Source of the DNA: Balanoglossus misakiensis
Taxonomy: Eukaryota; Animalia; Hemichordata
Direction of reading: 5' to 3'
NCBI GenBank assembly: GCA_040954595.2
Contig: CM082584.2
Location: 7,707,919-7,771,918, forward strand
Length of the DNA stretch: 64,000 nt
Part shown: one piece after another, positions 39,801 through 53,819 of the stretch
Numbering within the stretch: the first letter of the stretch is position 1
Layout: every line of letters begins with the position of its first letter
Notes under the pieces: generated by a model
Told to the model about the DNA's origin: nothing
What the model saw: the letters and a program-made list of their open reading frames with translations, nothing else
Database searches by the model: none
Made by a program: the position numbers and the translations under genes

Positions 39801-42800
39801 AATGATAGTTTATCACTTTTGGAAAAAAAAAAGCGACCGTTAACGGCATGGAAGAGTCCACTAATGTGAGGGGGGGTAGACATTGAAATAAGACGTCTCA
39901 GAACTTACTGAATTTCTTCTTCTCGATTCCTTCACATGTAAATAACGTATTAAGTAACCTCAGATGGCCCGTGAGGATGATCTCGTCCGTCTCGATATTC
40001 TCGTAATGTTCCGACGGATCAAAGTTGTCCAGCCAAGCAGTTTCGTCCTCCAGCATCGACGTACAGTTGATCTGCAACGACTTCTGGTCAGCATCTGATG
40101 ATGAATCACAGCATGAGTAAGTTTGCATACATACTCATATACATATAATGCAATCGTACACTTCATTTGTATGCGCAGCGATGCAGAGCAGAATGAAAGA
40201 CACAGTGTTGATTCACCAAACCAGAAAACTGACTCTTTTGATGTCCTGTACTAGGGTGCACTCACTGGCAAAGCCTTCAATATGTTGTAGTTGGCCAGTA
40301 AGGTAGATAGATAGATTCTTTGTGGGGGTTTCAACTTGGCAGAACTGTACCCTTGTGTATGTACACACCCATATATAAGATCAGGAAGAGTAAAACAGAC
40401 TGATTATCTGGGCTGAGGGCTGTTAAAAGCAACCACTCTATGATTTCAACTGGCTATCTCCGACATTCTCACCAGAATTAATCTTTTGAGACCAAGAGAG
40501 GAGTAGACAGCTATTGTCCACAATACTTACTTGAAAGACTGTGAAGGAGTCGACATCTCAAATCAAAGTACTGGGCACACTGACGTAGAAGTCTAAACAA
40601 GAACGGCAAAAGAATTGGCATCAACTTTGAATCAATTTGTCCTTCAATATTTGGATGTTGGATTCAAGGAATGGATCGTGTGATGTGGACATTTTGTCAG
40701 CAAGTTTACCATGTGACATATTTTGTGGGTCACATCTTTGTCTGGTGTCACTCTATCATACAATGCAGAGCTTCAAAATCCTGCACAACTGATTTTAAAA
40801 AACGCTATCGTTACACTTACAATCTGATCATTGTGTGCACCATTCATATGCAATAACTATGATATCCGCCGTTTTTTAAACCCTTTCACTGTAATGGTTT
40901 GATCCAACCCATTGTTTTCTATGGTAAAGTTGGACCTATCTACAGGGAAATGGGGCTGAAATGGTACCTACCTCTGGCTAGCACCTCTGACGTTAGAAGT
41001 AGCCGTCCAAAGGGGCACGGGGGCTTTAAGCAAAACCAGCAGCAGGAAGAACCTGGGGTTCTGTATCTCGGTGGCCGATTTCTTGACCTCTGTGTGGCTG
41101 AGGGTGTCGAACTGTTCCAGGGCGGCGTTTCTCACGTCGCTGTGCGGCGACCCCAGCAAGATGTCGATGATGAAGTCGCCCACGGCTGGTAGTGTATAGA
41201 AGGAGCCTGTGAAAACACATGGTGTGGTTACAAAGCTGGCAGGGGCAAGTCTACCAAATTTGACATAAAAACTTAGGTACCATGATCATCTCTAGAACCT
41301 TGGGACAACATCATGGAGAGTGCGCCCTTCCATGGGCAAAACCTTTCTGTCTACCAATAACTGAATTTGCTGGTGTTTTAATACGCCAAAATGACTAAGT
41401 ACAGGTGAATATTAAAGGCACATTAGCTCAAATTCCTTTAAATTTTGTAGATCTAAAAATAGCTTTTAATTTTCTCAGAAGAGTATTCAGTCCTTTGCAC
41501 TTCAACCGATGACATCACATTGTGTCTGTGAAGATTCATGTTCATCTGGGAAAGATTTTTCTCTCTCACAAATTTTGACCGCTACAGCCGTTACCTAAAA
41601 GATCCGTTCTGAGCTGCAGACACCTGACCAGGAGTTCCAGAGCTTCTCTCGCTATCCGCGAGTCCTTGTTGGAGACCGACTGTTGTATTGCACAAACGCC
41701 GGGAAACAGAGACTGGATCTCGCTCTGGTCGCTCGACGCACTTCCTGTACTCCCTGCAAAATCAACGAACATTAACCCTTTCACATCAATGGTTCACTCC
41801 AAACCCATTGTTTTCCATAGTAAGGTTGGATCTCTAAAGAGGGAACTGGGGGTGAAAGGTTTGAAGGCATACAATCACCTCACATACACTCGTATACAGG
41901 CTTGTTACGTCTTCGAATAACCATTTTTCAAGGGTGCACTTTTTTCGTGTGGACACCCACTGAAAATCTGTGACTGGCCAGATCTGAAGTTTCCAAGGTA
42001 CACTGGTGGCTGTATACCTTTCATGGGAAAATCTACTCATCAAAGTCACAGCAGTGTTCTCCCGACAAATATTTCACAGCAAAGATGACTTTTTCTAAGT
42101 TCTGTGACAGTAAAGGCTAGCAGTCCACTCTCATTTTATAGAATGAATAAGCAGAATATGATAAATTACTTCAGAGATATAACTTAAACACTCGTCAAAA
42201 GACTCTGATATTTTTCCCCTTTAAACCTTTCACGACTATAGTTTAGTCTTTAAATATATAACTCAATGGTTTCCAGGGTAAAGTTGGACTTGTACATTAG
42301 GGAAACGGGGGGTGCACGGGTCTCAAAAACAGATGAAGCCCACCAACCGGTACTACTCTGACGACTTCTCCTGTCCATCCCCACCGTAAATGAAACAGCG
42401 GAATACAGTGGGCCGTCTTTGAGGAGACCCATAGGTTGAGAGGAGCTGGCCAGGTGTATCCTCCCCGCCGCGGCCGCCCATGTCAGTCTCATGAAGGACG
42501 TGATGGTGGCAGTGAAGTCCGGCACAGGCATGGTCTGAGGGTTTGGAGAAATATCACACACAAAAAACTGGCTGGTCACTTATGAGGGTTCGTTTCATGC
42601 AACAGCAGTTAAGAGCATGGGAGAAGAAAGGTGTAAACTGAACCCTTTTTTGTATTCAACATAGACCAAACTTTGACATGTTCAGTTTGGCTGCATTGAT
42701 AATCTTCATGAAGTTCACATCATATTTCACAGGACAGCAAAAATGTTTCAGATCAGGATACATTACTATAACACAAGGAAATCTAGCAAATCCACAAGCC

Positions 42801-45800
42801 CAAACTCATAGGACAACATTTTTAATGGCCACACTAGTATGAAAATGCCTGTGTTGAGCTCAGATTTTTCTTCATTTATATTTCAAATCTTACAATTTGT
42901 TTTATATTAATCACAAAATTGATTTTTCCTAGACTTTCCAGGTTAGGTATCACTATTTCACGATTTTCTAGGAGCAGTTTTAAATTCAGCGACTTTCAGG
43001 TGGCACATGAATTGCGAGTCACACAGCCGGGCGATTACTACAGTAGCTTTAGTCTGCTCACTGTACCTGAATGGAGAGCTTGGCGGCCGAGGGTATCGCG
43101 TTGTTGGGGCTCTCCAGCTCCTTGTTGTTCTTTTCTGCCGGTGGCTTCTTGGTCGGCGACGTGGAGAAACTCCTGACGACCGAGGCACTGCCGTTCGTGT
43201 TGGTGTCCATGGCGTCGTCGTGGAGACTGTTCTCGCTGGGATGGTGTCCCATGAGGCTTTGCCCGCACAGCAAAAACCTGCCAATCATCAGGAAGGAATA
43301 TCGTGGTTTGAATATTTGCATAAAGTGGCTTTTCACGGAAAAAAAAGTGTCTACGGAAGAATTGACGTTTAAGAATGAGCCAATATTTGTAAGATGTCAT
43401 ATCTGAGTCTGAGACACTAAAATGCGGTGCCCTATCACCTTTGACCTTTGTAGCCAGACAGAGAGACAGTCATCATGCATGAACACACATCACACCAAAA
43501 AGAAACATATTTGTGGGCTGGAACTGAAAATGAAGTGTCATTTTCAAGCGACTTCATCAGACAAACAAAATCCTCATTCCGGATCACTGTAGTAAAGATT
43601 GAAAAAAAGCAACAGGTACCGTGCACTCACCTAGCCAACTGCAAACAGATCGAGTAACACCCTTGCCTCGTCACGTAATCCACATCGGGCGGTATGGCGT
43701 CCTTCTGCAGCACGTGGACCACAAAATTGAGACCGCCCGCATTCAGGAAATTTTCACAGAAAACCTTGGAATTGAAAGACGTCATGTCTTGAACGGCTGG
43801 CATGAGTTTACCGCTTAGCACCTGGGGGACGTGTAAAACATGAAATTATCAAATACATCATATCCATGACCTCAACATGACCATACGTAACAGGAATGTC
43901 AGTCAGTATGTACCATGTGCAAATTATTACGTGCATCTCACCTCTAAGTTGTACAGTACTCTAAAAGCCGACATGCCCTGCACTGTTGGGTTGAAGAGAT
44001 TTTCTAACGCCGACTTGGAAGAAGTGTCTCTCGGCGTTGAACTACCATCATCTGACGCCGAGGAATTATCATCACTCTGAAAAAAAAAATCGAAACAAAG
44101 AAGGGTTACTTTTGAAACAAATATACTCTGAGAGTTTGAAATAACTGCGATGTAGGAAGTAAAATTTTAAGTACTAATGATTCTGACACATATAGTTACT
44201 GCAGATTGTGGTACTGGTATCATTTCTCTAATACACAGAAGAGAATGCATGTGTGTATAATCCCCCTCCACTTTCATAAACATTATTTGCCACTAGTCTA
44301 ATTACTATAGTGGTGCATCAAATGTTTATATTCTAATGTCACGGTTGACAGGCAAAGACACCGTTTCTATCTCCCTGTATTGTGGCACGGAATCGAAATC
44401 CGTGGAAGTATTCCCGGAATGGTCCTCACCGATCTGCCAACTGCCTCCAGGGCTTCCAGCACAGCTGGATCGGTTGGTATCAACATCAGCAGACTTCTCA
44501 CACAGCTTCTTATTCTGCGAGAGAGAGAGAGAACAACATCATTCCAGAATTGTCTACATCAGCAAAATGATCACAGACATTCAGTTGCACTATCTCTTGA
44601 TTGATCTAACTACATGTACTGTAAAACACGTTATTTTCGCGAGCAATAAATTTTTGCGAAATACGCAAGAGCCAAAATAGCGTGAAAATAAAAAGTTGCG
44701 TAATTTTTATACTCACGAAACAGTGGCCTCTCTCGATATTGCGAAAATTTTAACTCGCAAAAATAAAGTGTTTTACAGTACTTTAAGTTTTTCACCCAAA
44801 AATCCACACTTACTTGGGTTCGTCGAGTTCGGCTAACTGATACAGCATATCAAAGACATGGCCGCCCATCGCCATGACAACACCCGGCAAGGTCTTCTCC
44901 GTTTCCAACACATACGACTGCCTCCTGCTCTGTTCAATGTTGCCGGCTTCCTCTATCCGGAGAGAATCCTGAGTGACAAAAAAATCACGTTTGTGAGTGA
45001 AAGGGAAAAGCCTTTTACGACAGGACTTCCTTACATCACTGTAAAGTGGCCTTGCCCAACTCCATTGGTTTCATGGTAAAGTTGGACCTCTACAAAGGGA
45101 AAGAGGGGTGAGTAGGCATTGTGGGAGATAAACTCTTCTCAGAGTTCACCATGCTTAGCTACCATCACTAAATAAGGTTACCGGTATCAGTCTTTCTAAG
45201 TCATATGAAGGTAAAGTAAAACAAGTGCACAATGTCGTGGACTCACATCATCTGCTCGGTTCTGCGGTGCTGGTCCGGAAATGGTGGCTGTTTTCACAAT
45301 CAGTAACTGCTCATCTTCGAAGTACAACTGGTGTAGAAGTTTTTCATCTTTTGACGGCATTAACTGTGATACAAAAGAAAAAAAGAGTACCCTTGGTTTA
45401 GACTGGTTCATTCTGTCACATACATGTACTGATGTCGCAGTGATTAAACAGAATAACATTTTGCTGTTTTTTTTTTTTGCGCTATTGACATTTCAGTTGG
45501 AGGGGGGGGGGGGGTACATCACCCCATTAAGACTGTGCTTCAAATATCTTGCTTTATTTGAAAGGCAGCAACAGGTCAAAACAGATTTGCAGAAAATGCT
45601 GAATAATAAAAAAAAATGCTTACAATTTTATCATTAGTAGCCAGCTGTACATTCTCTGGTGATGTCCTCAGGTGGTCAGAGATTTTCTGTCGAACACTTC
45701 TCAAGGTTTCGTTGGTGTGGCCCTGAAAACGGTAAAACAAATAATCACATGAAAATTGAAATACAAAAGGCTTATGAGTTGCTTACATGCATGTAAGTCT

Positions 45801-48800
45801 CGGTCAATCCCCCCAACCATACCCCTAAAACCAGAACGCTAAGATAGACTGCTACAGAACAGACCAAACCAAAAGAATCCAGACTCACCATGATTGTGAA
45901 ATCTCCCTTGGGCGTCTCGCAGTTACAGTGCATGACTATGGGCTGGCCCTGGAACGAGGCGCCGTGCGGCAGGATGGTGCGAGGCCCCCCAGAGTGGCCG
46001 TCTTCCACCATGGTCACGTACCGCTCGGCCAATTGCAACAGCCGTGATATTATCAACAATTTAGCCGATCTGTGGAAAGAGATGTCCGTGGGGTTTATAA
46101 TGGGCCAACAAATTTTGTCCTGACACACACCTGACCAGAATGACTGCTTTTGTTTGCAGACGGTCAAACCTGCTGGATATGTTTCAAAGAAGGAAACCTT
46201 TTTACCTGGATGGACTAGGAAGAGATGCCACCTCGGGTATGGTCGCTGCGGTCAGTGTTTTGGTGGCCCGGCTGATGGCAATAGCCAGTGCGGATCCGCC
46301 CAGCGTAATCATGGCTTCCTCGAGTCTCTTGTAGCACTCCGCGATGAACTTCTTGTGCAGGCTGACTGGATCCTACGCTCAAAAGAAACACACAGACCGT
46401 GTCAATGATACGTGTCATAGAGGCTCTCGGAGGTACAGCTTCACCACAGAAAACAACAGATTTGGACCAAACCACGGTGGTGAAGGGGTTAAATGACTTA
46501 TGCCATACTGCAGGCACAAGTGAAACGATGAATTTTCAGGTTTCTTTTGAAATTGTCAAGTTTGCATATTTCCCATTGGAGTTCAATAGTTAAGTGCATA
46601 AACAGTATAAAAAATACATCAATATGTCAAAATACACCAGCATGGGTTTTTTACCTTTTTGAGCTTTTGGGATAAATTGTTGTAACACATGTGGAGTAAA
46701 TGCTTGATTGCAATGTTGGCTATCTCTTCGTTGGGCGTCTCCAGCGCAATCTGCCACATGAACTCTATTCCATACAGTTCCAGTTTGTCCACAACCTGGA
46801 AGAGGGAAACACAGAGCCAGAGTCAAAAAGTGGACGTGTTAACCAAAGACCCAACCCTCTGGGAGAGGGGGGGGGGGGGGGGTGAAGAGGGAGAGGAGAG
46901 AGACAGTGAGATGGACTGACTGACAGACAGACAGACAGACGGACGGACGGACGGACAGACGGTTGGATGAATTGATTGATGGGCAAACACATGGACAGAG
47001 GGCGGATGGACAGACAAAATCGGATGAACACATATACAGACAGTCACAGAAGAAATAACTGAAAGACAGACCAACGGAAACTGCAAATGAAATTATGATA
47101 GGGTACATGCCTGGTAAAAAAACAAAGAGAAGCTGCCCCACCCCTTCGCATAAACAATCACAGAACACACTACAGAAATGCTAAAGATACATGTAGTACT
47201 TAACATACAGACAAAGATCAAGGCTAGTGACTGTCAAAGACAGACAACTGCTAAACAGATCAGCATAGAAGGACTGTGAACATATACATGTATGGAATGC
47301 AAACAGATATAGATTACAACATACAGACAATTAAATTGACTGCCAAACAACACAGACAAACATAGATGGATCTATCCTTACAACTGCGGTGTCTGACAGG
47401 ACTCATACTCACAAAATTCGACGCGCCGGTACTCTTCCTGAGCCGGTGTTCGTACAGGTTGACGTTTTCAAAGAAGGTCCTGACGCAGATGAAGCCTCGC
47501 ATGGAGAGTTTGGCCGGGTCGAATTTCAACAGTTTCTGAGTGAACAGCTGCTGTTGCGTCTCGGCCTCCAGGTCGCATAGTCCTTTCGTGAACCAATCAA
47601 AACAGGTCTGGATAAAATAAAAAGAAAAATAATCTAAATTGAAGAAAACAGTTGAGACTTCCCTTAGGTTGACATTTCAAACTCAAAAGCGTGGGCGGGC
47701 TCTCAACTGAACAGAAATATGTTTTTATATAACACTGCACATTTTTTTGAGCACGAATTTTACCATTCGTGGAATTTGCATGTATGTATTCATACATGGC
47801 TTGTATTCAGTTCTGCGCATACAGTAACTATACAAAAATCAGATAAACATTGAAATTCAGGGGATACTGAGACCACTATTTGTAGTCCTAACAGGAGTGT
47901 AGTGTTCGGGGTCAAATAAACAGTGTTCCGATAATTTCATTTATATCGGGGAATTTGATGTTTAAACAGGGAAAATGATGGTAGACTCATCAACTATTAA
48001 CAGCCAGTCAGTGAGTTCGCAAACAGATAGCATTACCCGAATGACAACGAATCGAAAAGGTCACACATGATGAAATCTAGAACTCAATATCCAGACAAGC
48101 CATGCCATGTTTATATCCTTTTAACCTTTGCCAAAAATTGAGTTTACATTGACGAACGATACATAGACCAGATCGTTGACACGTGATTCACATTCATGAG
48201 GAGATATCATTTTCCGGACTGAAATCCAGAACAGAATTATCTATCATGTTGATACGCTTTTTTTTTGATAATGTATCGTTTACACTGAAGTAATACTGCG
48301 CTATCAATGTATCATCGCTCAGGTGGTTTGTTTACTTCATCTTTGATGCATTAATGCACTAAAAATAGTCTGGTGACATTTCAAGATAACTGTATAGGCT
48401 GTCATCTTTCTGTGTAAGATGGACTCCATCCCGGAAAAAATATGATTTCGCACAACTGTACAATATTTGGTAAGATCTTAAATTTCAATATTTGTTTGAA
48501 CCAAAATCTGTTTTGCTTCAGTAGCTAGGCAAACAAATATTGGTAATGTGATTGTTTTGACATATGTTCTGTTCTGTACATTTTTGAACAGTAATGTTCA
48601 GTAAAAAAACAAGACACTTACGGTCTTCAGAGCAATAAAAGTTCATTAAATATATTTTTGGTGGGTAAAAATCATTCACAGAAGTATAACCGAATATAGC
48701 AGAATAATTACCTCTCTGTCCATTTCGCATGCATCCGGATTGGCTACGAGACAGTCCCAGATGTCCCTGGCTCGGTGCCATGGTAAATACAACATCCCTT

Positions 48801-51800
48801 CTTGCAGGATAAACGCCAGGAACCTCAAATGGCAAATGACGAACTGGAATCAGAGGAGGAAACAGAAAATACATCAGAGGCTAAAAACTGCCAACAGTTG
48901 ATAAGGGGTATACATGTGCGATAAGTGTGTGTGTAAAGGGGGGGGGGGGAGAGAGATGTCAAATCCATAACACAAGGCAGGACAAAAACATCAACTGATA
49001 AACTGCATGTCTCATTGTGCTGGAAGTCATTAAATTCCCTAAATATTAAAAATTAACGAGACGGTTTAATAAATGGAAAAGAAATTGATTCCTCAGAAAA
49101 CTCCCACGCTTAATAAAATTCCAAACTTTTACGTGATGAACAGCTCACCTCCCTGTGTGTATATCGTCCGTCCACTACTGTGTTTTCTGTCAGCGCCAAT
49201 TCCCCTGCTGCCGTGACCGCCATCTTGTGACAGCGCACTAGACTCTGCGTCACCATCTTGACCACTTCATAGTTCTTGTTCAGCTCGTGCAATATACCCT
49301 GTGTACGGGGTTGCAAAGAAAGGAAATGACCAGCTTTATACAGTATCATCGAACAGGGAAGTGCTTTGATTCTGAAGCACAGCTCTTGGCTGTGAATGTT
49401 GGGTTTGCACCCTTGAGCTCGAGAGATCTAAAACGGCACTGCCATTTCGCAAACTCGGTTGAAAACACTTAGCTCATTACCTGTCCTTTCATTTTTGTAT
49501 GAATTGTGAAAGCTCGTTATAAGTACACGTGATGATTGATGAGTTCAAGTGATACATTTGTACGACTTCACAGCTTTTTCTTTGTCTCGTTTCTGATTGC
49601 TTTCCTTGGGTGACACTCAAAACAAGTGAACATGTCTGTGCGCCCTAGCTCAGTTTTACAAAGTTACAGCATATACAGTTATATCTAAATTAGACATTGA
49701 TTGTGTTCCTTTGTTCCTTGACAGAAGATGCTGACAAGACACACTGATATAGAATGACAACGTGACATTTTGCAGTACCAACTGACACACACACACCTTT
49801 TCTTTATGGTAGGTCTGTTTCACGATGCTTCTCGCGATATGATGAAGTTGTCTGAATGCTGGCACAACCCAGAAACCCTGCAGAGTGAAAAGAGTTCAAT
49901 ATGAACTTATTATTTACACGGCACAACTGATGTCGTGCTTACAATAAAAAAGTGCGGTGTAAAAATTACAAAAGGTAGATCAGCAATTTTTGTCAACCAG
50001 AGAAAGCAGCAACAAGGTTTTGACTATATGTTAAACTGGAAAGCTGACCTTTTTGATGTCATCGATACTCTTGATGATGTAACTCTTCTTTACTTGCTCC
50101 TTGACCGAGAACGAATCGCTCAGGATTGTTAGGTGCTCATCCAAGGCCTGCTCTATTAGGTGCGTGGGGAGGGCCGGCAGGTGGGACAGGTCCCACAGCA
50201 GTTCCAACACCTTGGTGGTGGTCTTGCCCACCCTGGCTTCGCGGCCTATCTTCCCTATCAGGCTCAGTAGTTTCTCCCTCATCCTGTCGTTTTCGTCCTG
50301 CCACGACTGAAAAGAAGCGGGAATCATTTTACGCGAAGAACCCAAGAAAACTCAGGATATTATCGAAAATACACATCACGTAGTCTTCCAATGTAGTAAG
50401 GACAAATTGCATTTGCTTACAGTTTAAAAAGTTGAAAATATGAGAAAAAAGTGTACGATTTTCGAGGCGTATACGACCTTAACGAAAAGCGAAAGAACAC
50501 CTTTTGTGTACGTGTGATGTATATTCTGGTAGCACTTACCTTCTGTATGAGAATGAAGAGGTGCTCCAACTGTTGTGCGCTGAATTTGACGGCCGCTGCA
50601 GCCATGATAGAATGTATGTTGTCAACCACAGTAGCTTGCTGGCCATTCTGTGGGATCATGAAAGAACATTGGTGATATTGTCATTTTTATTCAAGCATTG
50701 TACACAATAAACGTCATTTTCAAAACAGCAGTACACTTTACATGGGCATCTCTGCAGACAGTTAGCGACATCTTACCTGCAGTTTCCAGATTTTCGACAG
50801 TTCATCAAGAGACAGCCTTGACCCGAGGAACTCGACAATTCCTTTGATTTTGTCACAGTACTGAGACTGGTCAATGTTTCCTGCAAAGAGACATGGAGAA
50901 ATGGTTGTTTTGACAGGAATTGGCCCAAAAACCAAGCAAAAAGTAATACCGGTAATAGAGGTTGTATTTTCTTGCACTTGACGAGAAATGACTCACGATG
51001 TCTCAACATTATTCCCAGAATGCTCCACTTGTCACTGATGACTGTTCTGTGGTGTATGATCTTACCTTCAAGTGCTATGGATAATATTTTATGGTCCACA
51101 AGCCAGTCTAATATTTTGTCGGAGGGAATTGCGTTCTTAACCGCCCGCGTTGCTGATGAATCGTCGATAAGTTTTGTCAGCTGTAGTAGATAAAGGTTGA
51201 TGACATGGGTAGATTAGTTACACATTGTATGCTAGATATTCTGGGGGTGAAAGGGTTAATTAATACACATACCTCTTTGAGACTGTTCATTTTTGCATTA
51301 AAATGTGGCGACTTTAACATCCGCAGAGCAATGTCCAGTCGGAGATCATCAATGGCGGTAACGTCTTGGGTCCACAGGTGCATGCAGAGTAGCTTCATTG
51401 AAGACAGCAAGTCAGACACACTTCCTGATTTCTAGAGATAAACAAAATTTTACAAGAGGCAATATGAAAGTCGATTCTGTAATCTACGGCTTCAACACTA
51501 AAACCCAAACTATAAAACTAAGCTTTTACCGCTGGACAACACTGTATATAGGACTTGGTATTTTAAACAAATATTTTTTCTAAATTGTATTTTGCCACTG
51601 TTGATCAAGAAAAAATCAGAGAGCACCCTGATTCTGTTCTTCTCCCTATATATGGACCTGGAAATTGATCTGCATGTGCCTGTATTAGTTTAACCCTTTC
51701 ACCACTGTGGTTTGGTCCAAACCTGTTGTTTTCTATGGTGAAGGTGGACCTCTCACACATGAGAATGGGGGTGGGTGAATTAATTAAAGAAATCTGTGGC

Positions 51801-52897
51801 AAATGCCAACTTGGACCTACATATCACTGGGATAAAGGCCCCATCACTGCTACAATTATCTACACCTGCATTTGAATCATACCCACATACATGTACCCTA
51901 CCTTGTGCTTGAGATCATTTTCTTCCAGCCCCTGTATGTAGGCAATAGCCTTCTCCATCATGGCCTGCAGTATGGGTGAAACCCTCTGCACGTTCAGATA
52001 CTCGGCACAAACCCCAAAGGGATATAACAGGGCAGCCATCAGCTGGGGAAAAATACATGTAGAAATCAACGTGAGATCTCCAACCCCTCTCTGTGATTGT
52101 CAGACATCCTCTTTTAAAAATATTTACACCAAAACATTTTATTTTGTGTTACGAGTCTATATATATCCGGTTTTTGGGAAAGAAACTAAAACAGTTGTCC
52201 TCTCAATAAAATCTACATAAAAGAGCAAAGGGTGATCGAATCATACAATCAATATTTGGGACAAACATCAATTTGTATCCTAGTTCACATCACCTAAATT
52301 TCAAGAAATCAGTCTTTTTTGTTGTTGAAGATAGTATAATGTGAACATGAGGATGAGTGCAATGGGGAGGGATATGGCACCACAGTCTTGTCCACACGAT
52401 TCGGGGTTTGGTAAAACAACAAACTGTAGAGTATATAGGGGAGCTTATAGTGTTCAAACCAACTTACTGGTGCGTCAAGTTCCTCTGTAGATTCCAGCAT
52501 CCTATCTCTGCAAGACTCAAAACCTCCCTTTTCCGCAAACTGCATTGGGAGCAAAAAAAATGATAATCAGTATAATAGAGATTGAGAAAATTACAGCATC
52601 GGTTTGACTTTGACACTGACTTATAGTTTATGTACCGTATGAATTTTATTTTGCTTACCCTGTTGATAAGGTTAACGAGCAGACCGTGGGGCTCCCTGTA
52701 TGTGCTGAACGCTGGACTGACTGCATAGGTCTGGTTAGCACCAAATATGTCCTCGTACCGTATCCGGTCCCAGCGCTTTGCCCGGTTCTTGAAGTGAAAC
52801 TCTGTTTCTGGGTCGAAAGCCTGCGGTAGCAAGAAAAGCAATGATGGTGTTAAATAGTGCAGTGGTTGCATTGGGCTATTTTTGTTTAATCATTTTT

Positions 52898-52944
<47 letters not shown>

Positions 52945-53030
52945 TATCACCATCCTATTGTCATCATCATCATCATCATCAGCATCATCAGCATTATCAT
53001 TATCACCATCCTATTGTCATCATCAGCATT

Positions 53031-53062
<32 letters not shown>

Positions 53063-53078
53063 TATCACCATCCTATTG

Positions 53079-53111
<33 letters not shown>

Positions 53112-53160
53112 GCATCATCAGCATTATCATTATCACCATCCTATTGTCATCATCAGCATT

Positions 53161-53204
<44 letters not shown>

Positions 53205-53287
53205 TATCACCATCCTATTGTCATCATCATCATCATCATCATCATCATCAGCATCATTATCACCATCCTATTGTCATCATCAGCATT

Positions 53288-53328
<41 letters not shown>

Positions 53329-53497
53329 TATCACCATCCTATTGTCATCATCATCATCATCATCATCATCATCAGCATCATCAGCATTATCATTATCACC
53401 ATCCTATTGTCATCATCATCATCATTGTCATCATCATCATCATCAGCATTATCATTATCACCATCCTATTGTCATCATCAGCGTCATCATCAGCATT

Positions 53498-53529
<32 letters not shown>

Positions 53530-53772
53530 TATCACCATCCTATTGTCATCATCATCATCATCATCATCATCATCAGCATTATCATTATCACCATCCTATT
53601 GTCATCATCATCATCATTGTCATCATCATCATCATCAGCATTATCATTATCACCATCCTATTGTCATCATCAGCATCATCATCATCATCATCATCATCAT
53701 CACAATCATCATCATCAGCATCATCATCATCATCGTCATCATCACCACCATCATCATCATCATCATCACCAC

Positions 53773-53819
<47 letters not shown>

